Shown here: positions 29,285 to 38,589 of the stretch, piece by piece
Position numbering within the stretch: position 1 is the first letter of the stretch
Layout: the number at the start of each line of letters is the position of its first letter
Made by a program: the position numbers and the translations under genes
The notes under the pieces: generated by a model
Told to the model about the DNA's origin: nothing
Database searches by the model: none
Seen by the model: only the letters and a program-made list of their open reading frames with translations
Assembly: GCA_017609645.1 (NCBI GenBank)
Contig: JAFCDQ010000002.1
Location: 1,260-65,259, forward strand
Reading direction: 5' to 3'
Length of the DNA stretch: 64,000 bases
Source: Candidatus Woesearchaeota archaeon
Lineage (GTDB): Archaea > Nanobdellota > Nanobdellia > Woesearchaeales > ARS49

Positions 29285-29809
29285 AGCAAATCTTTCTAAG
29301 CCGCACATAATCATCATTAAGAAATCTTTGTTATTTTCTCTTAATTTATTCATCACTTTAATATCTTGCTCTGATGCTATGCAGCTATTAACTGGATGGC
29401 TGTGCAAATCAATTAAAGTATTTTCTGGGCAGGCAAAAGATTCAACATGAAAAACATCTGCATTAATTATTTCAGGAAAACTTACTTTGTCAATATAATA
29501 AGTGCTGCCTTGTTTTTTTCCAAATAAACAAGCCTTAATCTCTCTATGCTGATTTTCAAGATATTCTTCCTGGAATTTGTTTAAAGAACCTTTTTGAAAA
29601 ATAATTGTCAAATCCTGAAAATGCAAAACCTGATCCTTAACAGTCCTGCTAACAATAAAATTATCAAGAAAATGAACAAGCCCAAATAAAGCAATTAAAG
29701 CAATTAATGCAATGAAAATCCATTTAGATGGCTTTTTAGATTTTGTTTCATAATCAGATTTTTGAAGATATTGCACATCATCTTCATCCAAGACATGAGG
29801 TTTATTCAT
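29273..29809 (-). CDS. Membrane-anchored JAB/MPN (JAMM) metalloprotease-like protein
   Basis: TM helix followed by E...HSHP....S..D. Confidence 0.7.
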   Translation of the reverse strand: MNKPHVLDEDDVQYLQKSDYETKSKKPSKWIFIALIALIALFGLVHFLDNFIVSRTVKDQVLHFQDLTIIFQKGSLNKFQEEYLENQHREIKACLFGKKQGSTYYIDKVSFPEIINADVFHVESFACPENTLIDLHSHPVNSCIASEQDIKVMNKLRENNKDFLMMIMCGLERFALVK

Positions 29810-29907
29810 TAGTAGGAATATTTTATTAAAATTTAAAAAGATTAGTAATACCATTAACAAGTGGTTACAATAGAAAGATTTATAAATAAAAATGATTTGT
29901 AAAGCTT

Positions 29908-30444
29908 ATGACTGAAAATAACTCAATAAAATATAATATGCTTTTCTTAGGCACTGAAGTACGTAAATCAACAGCCCAAAGAGGAATCATACTTCCTGCA
30001 ACTTTTATCAAATCAATTGAAAAAGAATTAGGAGATAAGTTAGCAAATATAAAAGATGAGCAAAAAAGAGAGCTTTTTATACTGCATTCTAAAGTATATG
30101 AACCATATTTGGGTTTAACATCAAATAATAAAGAAAATTTTCAACAATATATTTTATTATTCACTCCAGGATCCTTAAACTACTTTTTATCAAAAGAGAA
30201 TTTGAAAAAAGAAGACTCTGCATTAGAATTTAAAATAAAAGCTTATACCCAACCAGCAGCTATTTCTGTCAATGGAAAATTCACAATAAAAAAAGAATTT
30301 GCAAAAGATTTGAAATTGTTTAAGGAAACTGGTAAAATTGACACTAAAAAAGAATTAGCAGTAATTGGTTTAGGTCCTTGTCTGGCAATATATCCAGGAA
30401 CTGTTGAAGATTATTTTGATCAACTTTCTACTTCTAAAAAATAA
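29908..30444 (+). CDS. MraZ-like tandem AbrB/SpoVT-fold protein
   Basis: LFLG..RGIILPATF and NGKFTI...KELAVIGLGPCLAIY resemble the two MraZ repeats. Confidence 0.55.
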   Translation: MTENNSIKYNMLFLGTEVRKSTAQRGIILPATFIKSIEKELGDKLANIKDEQKRELFILHSKVYEPYLGLTSNNKENFQQYILLFTPGSLNYFLSKENLKKEDSALEFKIKAYTQPAAISVNGKFTIKKEFAKDLKLFKETGKIDTKKELAVIGLGPCLAIYPGTVEDYFDQLSTSKK

Positions 30445-30488
30445 ATTAATCTATTTTTAAAGATAATGAGGTTTTTTCATTGTAAAAA

Positions 30489-30676
30489 ATAAATGAGGGG
30501 GAAGATATTCCCACCTAATCAAAGATTAGAATTGTCTCCCTACGGCCGACTGTTGTTTAACTACAAAAGGTATGAGAATAAATGAGGGGGAAGGGATTCC
30601 CACCTGACCTGCGGTCAGATAAAGCCACTAAAGTGACATGTCAAAGAACTTAAAAAATATGAGGGGGAAGGGATTC
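30489..30676 (-). repeat. Direct repeats of the tRNA-Leu(UAA) 3' end, each joined to a 6-bp hairpin
   Basis: TGAGGGGGAAG(G/A)(G/T)ATTC at 30494, 30583 and 30660 (the tRNA itself). The two extra copies continue CCAC plus a hairpin. Confidence 0.85.
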
Positions 30677-30775
30677 GAACCCTCGGACCCACTAAGGGAC
30701 AGGATTTCTTCTTTCCACAAAAGGAAAGTGTCCATCTTAAGTCCTGCGCGTTTGACCAGACTTCGCTACCCCCTC
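30660..30775 (-). tRNA. tRNA-Leu(UAA) with 30-nt intron at 37/38 (30706-30735)
   Basis: Acceptor GAGGGGG/CCCCCTC plus A73; Leu-type D arm GCGAAGTCTGGTCAAACGC; CAGGA-CTTAAG^A-TCCTG; variable arm present. Confidence 0.95.
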
Positions 30776-30892
30776 AAGGGTAATCTCTAAAAAACTGATT
30801 TTGTTTAAAAAGGTTATGTCATTTGCTTAATTTCCATAATATTTATAAATAAACCTCGTATCTAAATAGCACAACCAGAGGGGTGGTTATTA

Positions 30893-32578
30893 ATGAAACT
30901 AAACACGTTAATCAAATGGATTGCTTTTATAGTAATCGTAGCATTACTAATATATGCTTACAAAAGCAAAACAACAAGCCCGACAGGCGAAAATGTCACA
31001 AATTTAAAATCACTAGATGTTGAATTCTATGTAATGAGTCAATGTCCATTTGGACTGCAAGTTGAAAGCGGAATCAAACCAATCCTGGACAAATTTGGAG
31101 ACACAATAAACTTCAAACTAGAATTTGTAGGCTTGGAAAAAGATGGTGAATTCCAAAGTCTTCACGGACAAACAGAACTAGACGGCAACAAAGTCCAATT
31201 ATGCGCTCAAGAACATGAATCAGAAAAATTCCTAGAAATGATTCTTTGCATGAATGAAGAAGCTACAAAAATTCCAGATAACTGGGAAGACTGCGCAAAA
31301 GACTTAGAACTAAACATAGAAAAGATAACTGAATGTTATGAAGGGGAAGAAGGAAACAACTTACTAAAAGAAACTTTCAAAAAAGCAAATGAAAAGAAAG
31401 TGCAAGGAAGCCCAACAATGTACTTTAATGACGAATTATATACTGGAGATAGAGATGAAGACAGTTTCACAAGAGCAGTATGCAGAAAACTAGAACATAA
31501 CCTATGCGAAGATGTTCCTGTATGTGCTAAAGACTCTGACTGCCCTGCAAAAGATAGCAAAATACCATTATGCGAGAATGCAGGCACAGCAGAAGCCAAA
31601 TGCTCAGAAAAAGAAGATGTAAGAGTAGACGCCATATTATTAACAAGCAAACAATGCCCTGACTGTGATATTTCAGAAGCATTACAGCAATTAAAAACAA
31701 TATTCCTAAACTTAGAAGGAAAACAAGTTGACATAGACACAGAAGAAGGAAAACAATTAGCAGAAAAATATGGCATAGAAAAACTGCCAATAATCTTCTT
31801 AAGCAAATCATTGAAAGAAACCTTCATCTGGGAAAAACAAGGCGACCAAATAAAAGAAGCGTTTGTTGAGAAAGACGACATATTCCTAATCAAACCAGAA
31901 TTGACAAACGCACATTTCTTTGTAGATGCTGACAAAAGAAAAGAATACTATGAAAAACTAGGAATAACTTTCGGCGATAATAAACCGCAAATTGACTTCT
32001 TTGTAATGTCATACTGTCCATACGGCGACATAGCAGAAGAAGCAATAGCGCCAGTATATGACCTGCTAAAGGGAAAAGCAGAATTTAATCCACACTATGT
32101 GATTTATTCTGATTATCAAGGTGGAGGAGAACAATTCTGCATAGATGAAGAGGACAAATATTGCGCAATGCATGGTGCGCAGGAAATGAGTCAAGGCTTG
32201 AGAGAATTATGCGTTGCAAAACATTTAGGCATGGATGCTTACTTTGAATATGTCATAGCAATGAATGAAAAATCCAGCTATAAAAATGCTGACGAGAAAT
32301 GGGAAGAAGTCGCAAAAGAAATTGGTTTAGATACTGCGAAAATAAAGAAATGTTTTGAAACAGAAGCTGACGAAATACTTGCAGAAGAATTGAAATTAAA
32401 CAAAGCATTTGGCGCAAAAGGAAGCCCTCAAGTATTCATTGATGGAAATGCATACAGCAGTGGAAGAGATCCAGAAAGCTTCAAACAAGCTTTATGCAAT
32501 GCATTTAATGACGCACCAACAGAATGTGACACAAAATTAGGAACAACTCAAGCAGCAGCATCAGGCAGCTGCAGTTAA
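30893..32578 (+). CDS. Membrane-anchored multi-thioredoxin-fold (DsbA/GILT-like) protein
   Basis: N-terminal TM, duplicated F.VMS.CP.G...GSP domains and a central CPDC. Confidence 0.8.
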   Translation: MKLNTLIKWIAFIVIVALLIYAYKSKTTSPTGENVTNLKSLDVEFYVMSQCPFGLQVESGIKPILDKFGDTINFKLEFVGLEKDGEFQSLHGQTELDGNKVQLCAQEHESEKFLEMILCMNEEATKIPDNWEDCAKDLELNIEKITECYEGEEGNNLLKETFKKANEKKVQGSPTMYFNDELYTGDRDEDSFTRAVCRKLEHNLCEDVPVCAKDSDCPAKDSKIPLCENAGTAEAKCSEKEDVRVDAILLTSKQCPDCDISEALQQLKTIFLNLEGKQVDIDTEEGKQLAEKYGIEKLPIIFLSKSLKETFIWEKQGDQIKEAFVEKDDIFLIKPELTNAHFFVDADKRKEYYEKLGITFGDNKPQIDFFVMSYCPYGDIAEEAIAPVYDLLKGKAEFNPHYVIYSDYQGGGEQFCIDEEDKYCAMHGAQEMSQGLRELCVAKHLGMDAYFEYVIAMNEKSSYKNADEKWEEVAKEIGLDTAKIKKCFETEADEILAEELKLNKAFGAKGSPQVFIDGNAYSSGRDPESFKQALCNAFNDAPTECDTKLGTTQAAASGSCS

Positions 32579-32637
32579 TTTTTTTCTTTTTGTTTAACAA
32601 AATATTTAAAAACAACAAGCTAGTTTTATTTTAATAA

Positions 32638-32709
32638 GGGCTTGTGGTCTAGAGGCATGACGTCTGCTTGACTTGCAGAAGATCCCCAGTTCGAGTCTGG
32701 GCAGGCCCA
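32638..32709 (+). tRNA. tRNA-Val(GAC)
   Basis: GGGCTTG/CAGGCCC acceptor, TCTGC-TTGACTT-GCAGA, CCCAG-TTCGAGT-CTGGG, A73. Confidence 0.93.
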
Positions 32710-32799
32710 TTCATTTTATTCTTTGCAATTTTAGTTTCGACAAACTGAGAAAGGTTTATAAAAGAAAATCACTATTAATAACAAAAAAGAGGGGAATTT

Positions 32800-33918
32800 G
32801 TGGCTAAACAAAAAGTAAAAAGCATAATACCTCAACTGGCTTTCATAACACTATTAGTAATACTTTTAGTGCTAAGCTTTTTGGTAGCAAAACCATTCTT
32901 AATAGCACTCATAACAGGAGGGCTTTTAGCATTCATCTTCTATCCACTTCACAAATTTTTTTTAAGGAAAACAAAGAAACCAACACTAAGCGCAATAATA
33001 ACAACATTATTAGTATTGCTCTTCATTGCAATACCTTTCTTAGTGATGGGCAATATGCTTGCAAAAGAAACAGCAACAATTTTTGTCGCAACAAAAGAAA
33101 AAATAATACAAGGGCAATTAATACCTGACCAATGCGCAGGAGGAGGATTAGTATGCGACATAAGCAACAAAGTAAATGCAGCATTCACAAACCCAGAAAC
33201 AAGAGTCCATGTCGTAAACTTCCTGAATAAATTAATCAGCTTTATCGCAGAAAAAATAGGACAATTCATAATCAGCATTCCAAAAATAATATTGAACATG
33301 GCAATAGCATTGTTTGCAACATTTTATTTCTTAAGAGACGGAGAAAAATTCCTGAAATTAATAAAAAAAATAGCGCCAATGAAACTCCACCACCAACAAC
33401 AGCTTTTAACACAATTAAAAGAAACAATAAAAGCATTAGTCTTTGGCACAATAATAGTTGCAATCATACAAGGATTATTAGCGATTTTAGGCTTTTTAGT
33501 ATTCAGCGTGCCTAACCCCATATGGTGGGGCTTTGTAACAATGTTCTTTGCATTAATACCATTTGTAGGCGCCTGGCTAGTATGGTTCCCAGCAAGCTTA
33601 TACTTATTTTTATCAGGCTACATGACTTCAACAGATTCATTAATCTGGAAAGGAGTCGGCTTAGCAATATTCGGCATAGTAATCATTTCACAAATAGACA
33701 ACTTACTCAAACCAGTCTTAGTCGGAGGAAAAGCAAAAGTACACCCATTATTAATTTTTGTAGGAGTTCTTGGAGGATTATTATTATTCGGATTTATAGG
33801 AATTATTTTAGGACCAATACTTCTTGCAATGCTGCAAAAAATCATACAAATCTATGCTAAAGAAATTACACCACACTTGAAAGACCAGCCAGGCATTCTA
33901 GGAAAACACCACAAATGA
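32800..33918 (+). CDS. AI-2E (UPF0118) family transporter
   Basis: ALIPFVGA, IDNLLKP, VHPLLI.GVLGG..FG.IGIILGP motifs. Confidence 0.92.
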   Translation: MAKQKVKSIIPQLAFITLLVILLVLSFLVAKPFLIALITGGLLAFIFYPLHKFFLRKTKKPTLSAIITTLLVLLFIAIPFLVMGNMLAKETATIFVATKEKIIQGQLIPDQCAGGGLVCDISNKVNAAFTNPETRVHVVNFLNKLISFIAEKIGQFIISIPKIILNMAIALFATFYFLRDGEKFLKLIKKIAPMKLHHQQQLLTQLKETIKALVFGTIIVAIIQGLLAILGFLVFSVPNPIWWGFVTMFFALIPFVGAWLVWFPASLYLFLSGYMTSTDSLIWKGVGLAIFGIVIISQIDNLLKPVLVGGKAKVHPLLIFVGVLGGLLLFGFIGIILGPILLAMLQKIIQIYAKEITPHLKDQPGILGKHHK

Positions 33919-35408
33919 AGCTAAAAGTAAAAGACGTGGACATAGCAACAAAAGGAGTTCAAATAGTCATTCTACACCAGTCTGATGCTGAAAAACTAGA
34001 CATTTATCATTTAGATCGTATAAGAATTACAAAAGGAAAAAGAACAACAATAGCAATTGTTAATATTGCTGAAAGTGAAAAATTAGTTCCAAAAAATTGC
34101 ATAGGATTATTTGAAGAAGTTCTCGATGTATTAAAAGCAAGAGATGGTTCAACTGTTAACATAAAACTTGAGAAAAAACCAGAATCTATCGAATATATAA
34201 AAGAAAAATTAGATGGTAAAAAACTGGATTATGCAAAATTAAAACAAATCATAGAAGATATCATTGATAACAAACTTACTGACATTGAATTAACTACTTT
34301 TGTTACTAGCTATTATATTCATTCTTCAAACATGCAGGAAATAGCAGACTTAACAAAAGCAATGATTAATACAGGGGAGAAAATAAATTTTGGTAAAAAA
34401 CCTATTGTTGATTTGCACAGCATCGGAGGAGTTCCTAATAACCGCACCACTATGATTGTCGTGCCTATCTTAATTGCAGCAGGATATAAATTCCCAAAAA
34501 CAAGCTCTCGCGCAATTACTTCACCCGCAGGAACAGCAGACACAATGGAAGTATTATGCAGTGTGAAACATACTATTCCTAGATTGAAAAAAATTGTGAA
34601 AGATGTTGGAGGATTTATTGTTTGGGGAGGCTCTGTAAACTTAGCTCCTGCAGACGACAGAATTATACAAATTGAAAGACCTTTGAGCATTGATTCAGAA
34701 GCACAAATGCTTGCCAGTATCATGGCAAAAAAAGCAAGTGTGGGTTCTTCTCATTTGCTTTTGGAAATTCCTGTTGGCCAGGAAACAAAAGTAAAAACAC
34801 AATCCAAAGCACAGCATTTGAAAAGAATGTTTAAATCTCTTGGAAGAAAAATTGGCATTAAGGTGATGTGTATAATTACAGACGGCAATGAACCAATTGG
34901 AAATGGAATTGGACCTGTATTAGAAGCAAAAGATGTTTTGTATATTCTTTCTAATGATGTTCGCGGACCTAGTGATTTGAAAAATAAAAGTTTAATGATT
35001 GCAGGAGATTTACTGCATTTTGTTGGATGTAGTAATGGACGGAAGAAAGCTAAAGAGATATTAGAGTCTGGGAAAGCTATGATTGCATTTATGAATATAG
35101 TAAAAGCACAAGGAGGCAAACCTTTGAATGCAAATGAACTAAAACTTGGAAACTATCAATATACTGTTACTGCTAAAAAAGACGGATATATTTCAGGATT
35201 TGAAAACTTAGGCATTGCCAGGATTGCAAGAATAGCAGGAGCGCCTCGAGATAAAAAAGCAGGAATGTTTTTACATAAACATGCAGGTGATAAGGTTAAG
35301 AAAAGAGAACCTGTTTTTACAATATATTCTAAAAATAAAATAAAACTTGATTTTGCTATTGAAACATTAAAGAAAACTAAAATATATTCATTAAGATGCC
35401 GAAGATAA
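33915..35408 (+). CDS. deoA: AMP phosphorylase (thymidine phosphorylase family)
   Basis: HSIGGVPNNRTT, PKTSSRAITSPAGTAD, LAPADD motifs; archaeal N-terminal extension. Confidence 0.93.
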   Translation: MKLKVKDVDIATKGVQIVILHQSDAEKLDIYHLDRIRITKGKRTTIAIVNIAESEKLVPKNCIGLFEEVLDVLKARDGSTVNIKLEKKPESIEYIKEKLDGKKLDYAKLKQIIEDIIDNKLTDIELTTFVTSYYIHSSNMQEIADLTKAMINTGEKINFGKKPIVDLHSIGGVPNNRTTMIVVPILIAAGYKFPKTSSRAITSPAGTADTMEVLCSVKHTIPRLKKIVKDVGGFIVWGGSVNLAPADDRIIQIERPLSIDSEAQMLASIMAKKASVGSSHLLLEIPVGQETKVKTQSKAQHLKRMFKSLGRKIGIKVMCIITDGNEPIGNGIGPVLEAKDVLYILSNDVRGPSDLKNKSLMIAGDLLHFVGCSNGRKKAKEILESGKAMIAFMNIVKAQGGKPLNANELKLGNYQYTVTAKKDGYISGFENLGIARIARIAGAPRDKKAGMFLHKHAGDKVKKREPVFTIYSKNKIKLDFAIETLKKTKIYSLRCRR

Positions 35409-36088
35409 AAAAACATCAGCACAAAGGAAGTATTTTGAAAGAAATAATTCTCGGAGGGCAGGATGGACTGGTTAATGTTTTAGGAATTGTATTAGCTGTT
35501 GCAACTGCTACTCATTCTATTAAAATTGTATTGATTGCAGGGTTAGCTGCTGCTTTTGCAGAAAGTGTCAGCATGGGTGCTGTTGGTTATACTAGTTACA
35601 AGTCTGGAAAAGAATTTTATTTAGGGCAGGTTGCTAAGGAGAAGAAGGAGATGAAAGAAGTTCCTCATATTGAAAGAGAAGAGATTTTGGCGATTTATCG
35701 TAAAAAAGGATTTAAGGGTAAGTTATTGAAGGACATTGTAAATCATATTACAAAAGATAAAAAATTATGGTTAGAAACAATGATGCTTGAAGAGTTAAGA
35801 TTATGTCCTGATGAATATGAAAAACCATTAAAAACAGCATTTTTGATTGGATTTACTGCATTAATTGGTTCATTTATTCCTTTATTACCATTTTTCTTTT
35901 TGACTGTTGTTAATCAAGCTGTAATTGTTGGAATAATACTTGCTGTTGTAGCATTATTTGTAACAGGAATTGTAAAAGCAAAAGTTACAGTTGGAAAACC
36001 ATTAAAACAAGGATTTGAAATGGTCTTGATTGGAATGGGTGCAGCAGGTATTGGTTATTTGATTGGTTTAGGATTAGGATCTATTTAA
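35396..36088 (+). CDS. VIT1/CCC1 family Fe/Mn transporter
   Basis: ILGGQDGLV, AESVSMGAVGY and Glu-rich metal-binding loop. Confidence 0.9.
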   Translation: MPKIKKHQHKGSILKEIILGGQDGLVNVLGIVLAVATATHSIKIVLIAGLAAAFAESVSMGAVGYTSYKSGKEFYLGQVAKEKKEMKEVPHIEREEILAIYRKKGFKGKLLKDIVNHITKDKKLWLETMMLEELRLCPDEYEKPLKTAFLIGFTALIGSFIPLLPFFFLTVVNQAVIVGIILAVVALFVTGIVKAKVTVGKPLKQGFEMVLIGMGAAGIGYLIGLGLGSI

Positions 36089-36094
36089 GATTAG

Positions 36095-37015
36095 TCAAAT
36101 AATTCCTGCAAAGAATAAAACAAATAGCAAAGCATATAATATTATGCTGAGGATTACTAGATTAAATTTAGTATAAGAATGAATCTTTTTTGCTAATTTA
36201 ATGCGTTTTTTCTGTATACAGAATTCCATAACATAAGTGTCTACAAAAAATAAAAACAAAATAAAATAAGTCAGCAGCATAAACTTATCTACAAACAAGA
36301 AAGATCCAAGGGTAGGGGGAAGGCGGGTTGCTAACGCAAGATGGAACATTATTACACAAAACAATGCTGTACTGACAATGGCAATACGAAGATCAGGACT
36401 TTTTAATCCTAAAAAAAAAGCAAAAAAAACAATGAGAAGCACGATAACGACAGGTAAAAATATTAACAAAGCATCTTCAAAAGGACGCTTAAGATTAATT
36501 TCAAAAACATAAGTAGAATAAGTGGTGCCATAAATTGGATAATAATAATCATAAGAATATGCATCCCACCCCGTAACAATCCAGCCAGGGAAAAAAATTC
36601 TGTCATCAAGGCCGCTTCTTTTAAAGTTAGGTATTAAACGGACTTTTTCTGTTGATCTGGAACGGTCCTCAATAACTATTTTTAGTTTCTGTGTATCAAA
36701 AGGAAAATCTTTCAAGTCAATTCTTTCAACAAAAGAAGATTCAACACGATAATAAGGTATGCCATTGGATCCAATACTTTTAGTGTAATCTTCAAAATCA
36801 TGTCCATTAACAGGCTCAAAATTCTCAATACTACAATTTGTCCTGCACGTAAAATCCAAATAAAAGTCCATAGTATACGTGCCTGTAGGAATATCATAAT
36901 GGTCAACACCTAAGACATACAATCCAATATAAATATCATCTGGCTCAGCAAAAACACTAGACATATTTAAACAGAAAAGAATAACTAAAACCGCCAGCAA
37001 ATACCTCTTTTTCAT
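36095..37015 (-). CDS. Prokaryotic pentameric ligand-gated ion channel (GLIC/ELIC-like)
   Basis: Signal peptide, IGLYV..D..GTYTMDFYL, Pro-loop FPFDTQ, four TM helices with LP in the M2-M3 loop. Confidence 0.85.
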   Translation of the reverse strand: MKKRYLLAVLVILFCLNMSSVFAEPDDIYIGLYVLGVDHYDIPTGTYTMDFYLDFTCRTNCSIENFEPVNGHDFEDYTKSIGSNGIPYYRVESSFVERIDLKDFPFDTQKLKIVIEDRSRSTEKVRLIPNFKRSGLDDRIFFPGWIVTGWDAYSYDYYYPIYGTTYSTYVFEINLKRPFEDALLIFLPVVIVLLIVFFAFFLGLKSPDLRIAIVSTALFCVIMFHLALATRLPPTLGSFLFVDKFMLLTYFILFLFFVDTYVMEFCIQKKRIKLAKKIHSYTKFNLVILSIILYALLFVLFFAGII

Positions 37016-37138
37016 TAAGTTAATTATACTTTAATTTATATATAAAGCTTACTGATAAAATTAAGAGTTTCCTTAGCTGTTTTGAAGAATTAGAATTTTA
37101 TACATACATTTATATTAGTTAATTAAATAAATTAAAAT

Positions 37139-37351
37139 ATGGACTTGAATATTATTAGAGCAGGTATTTTCTTTGTGGCTGGCTTAATGACAATTCTTTT
37201 TCGAAAAAAACTCAATAATTTTAAGAATCGTTTGCATGAAAAACTTCACATGAAAAGCAAAGTAAAAGATGAAAGCAAATTTTATTTCTATTTTGGTATT
37301 GTCCTGATTATTATTTCAATAATCTTATTTCTATTCACAATAAGTAATTAA
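37139..37351 (+). CDS. Small 2-TM membrane protein
   Basis: 70 aa with two TM helices and a basic loop. Confidence 0.65.
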   Translation: MDLNIIRAGIFFVAGLMTILFRKKLNNFKNRLHEKLHMKSKVKDESKFYFYFGIVLIIISIILFLFTISN

Positions 37352-37411
37352 ACACCAAAATATATTTATAATAGTTAGGTTTATATCTCTTAATCTTAAA
37401 TTGGAGATATA

Positions 37412-38503
37412 ATGATTGACTTACCTACGTTTAACATTGGGAATTTAGTAATTAATATCATACAAGGAGGTATGGGTGTTCGGATTTCTGGCAAATATCT
37501 TGCAAGCGCTGTTGCAAACTGTGGCGGCGCAGGAATTATTGCAACTGTAGGGCTAGGATTATTTGACGATGAAGAGGATTCTAAACTGAGTTATGCTGAG
37601 GCTAATCAACAAGCCCTACGTGAGGAGATTAGAGCTGCAAGACAAATGTCTAATGGAGTTATAGGTGTAAATATAATGTTTGCCTTGAAGGATTATGAGC
37701 AATTAGTTGAGGTTGCTGTTGACGAAGAAGTTGACTTAATAATTTCTGGAGCAGGCGTAGCCAGACATCTTCCAGACTTAGTTGGTGATAAAGATATATG
37801 TTTGGTGCCGATTGTTTCAAGTGCAAAAGCTGCAAGAACAATAACAAACGCATGGGAGAGACAAAATAAAGTTCCTGACGCTTTTATTGTAGAAGGTCCT
37901 AAAGCAGGAGGACATTTAGGTTTTGCGTATGATGATTTAGTAAACGAAACTGCTCCTAAGTTAGAAGACATTGCAAAAGGCGTAATTGATTTTGCAAAAA
38001 ATAGTTTTGAGACTCCAGTCCCTGTGGTTGTGGCAGGAGGAATTTATACTGGACAAGACATTGCTTATTATAAAAACGAAATAAAGGCTGCAGGAGTTCA
38101 AATGGCAACGAGATTTGTGACAACACTTGAATGTGATGCTTCGGATAAATTTAAATTAGCATATCTTAATGCAAAAAAAGAAAATATTCGAATTATTAGA
38201 AGTCCTGTGGGACTGCCTGGAAGAGCAATTATGAATGACTTTTTGGAAAGAGCTCAAAATAAGGAAATCAAAGTTAAATGCAAATCTCATTGTCTTAAAG
38301 CATGCAAGCAAAAAGAATCACTTTATTGTATTGCAGAAGCATTAGTTAACGCTCAGAAAGGACATTTGGGTTATGGTTTTGCATTTGCTGGGGCGAATGC
38401 TTATAGAGCTACGCCTGAAAGTTGTTTAGATTCAGAGGGGAAATTTATTACTGTTAAAACCTTGATGGAAAGACTTTCTAAAGAATATCATAGTTCTTTA
38501 TGA
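37412..38503 (+). CDS. Nitronate monooxygenase/FabK-like FMN oxidoreductase
   Basis: IIQGGMGV, VEGPKAGGHLG, AGGIY, GVQMATRF, SPVGLPGRA motifs. Confidence 0.92.
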   Translation: MIDLPTFNIGNLVINIIQGGMGVRISGKYLASAVANCGGAGIIATVGLGLFDDEEDSKLSYAEANQQALREEIRAARQMSNGVIGVNIMFALKDYEQLVEVAVDEEVDLIISGAGVARHLPDLVGDKDICLVPIVSSAKAARTITNAWERQNKVPDAFIVEGPKAGGHLGFAYDDLVNETAPKLEDIAKGVIDFAKNSFETPVPVVVAGGIYTGQDIAYYKNEIKAAGVQMATRFVTTLECDASDKFKLAYLNAKKENIRIIRSPVGLPGRAIMNDFLERAQNKEIKVKCKSHCLKACKQKESLYCIAEALVNAQKGHLGYGFAFAGANAYRATPESCLDSEGKFITVKTLMERLSKEYHSSL

Positions 38504-38589
38504 AATTAAGATTTGGTGCTATTTGATATTACTACTTTTAAGTTAATACTATAGAAAGATTTAAATATCATCCTCTTTTAATTTAACAT

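Noticed and set aside
30493-30653. Plus-strand mini-ORFs starting MRGK in each repeat
   Set aside because: The ATG arises from the antisense of the tRNA acceptor end; there is no SD or coding signal.
30489-30676. CRISPR array
   Set aside because: Only two extra units, the repeat is the tRNA 3' end, periods are unequal (77 and 89 nt) and no cas genes are present.
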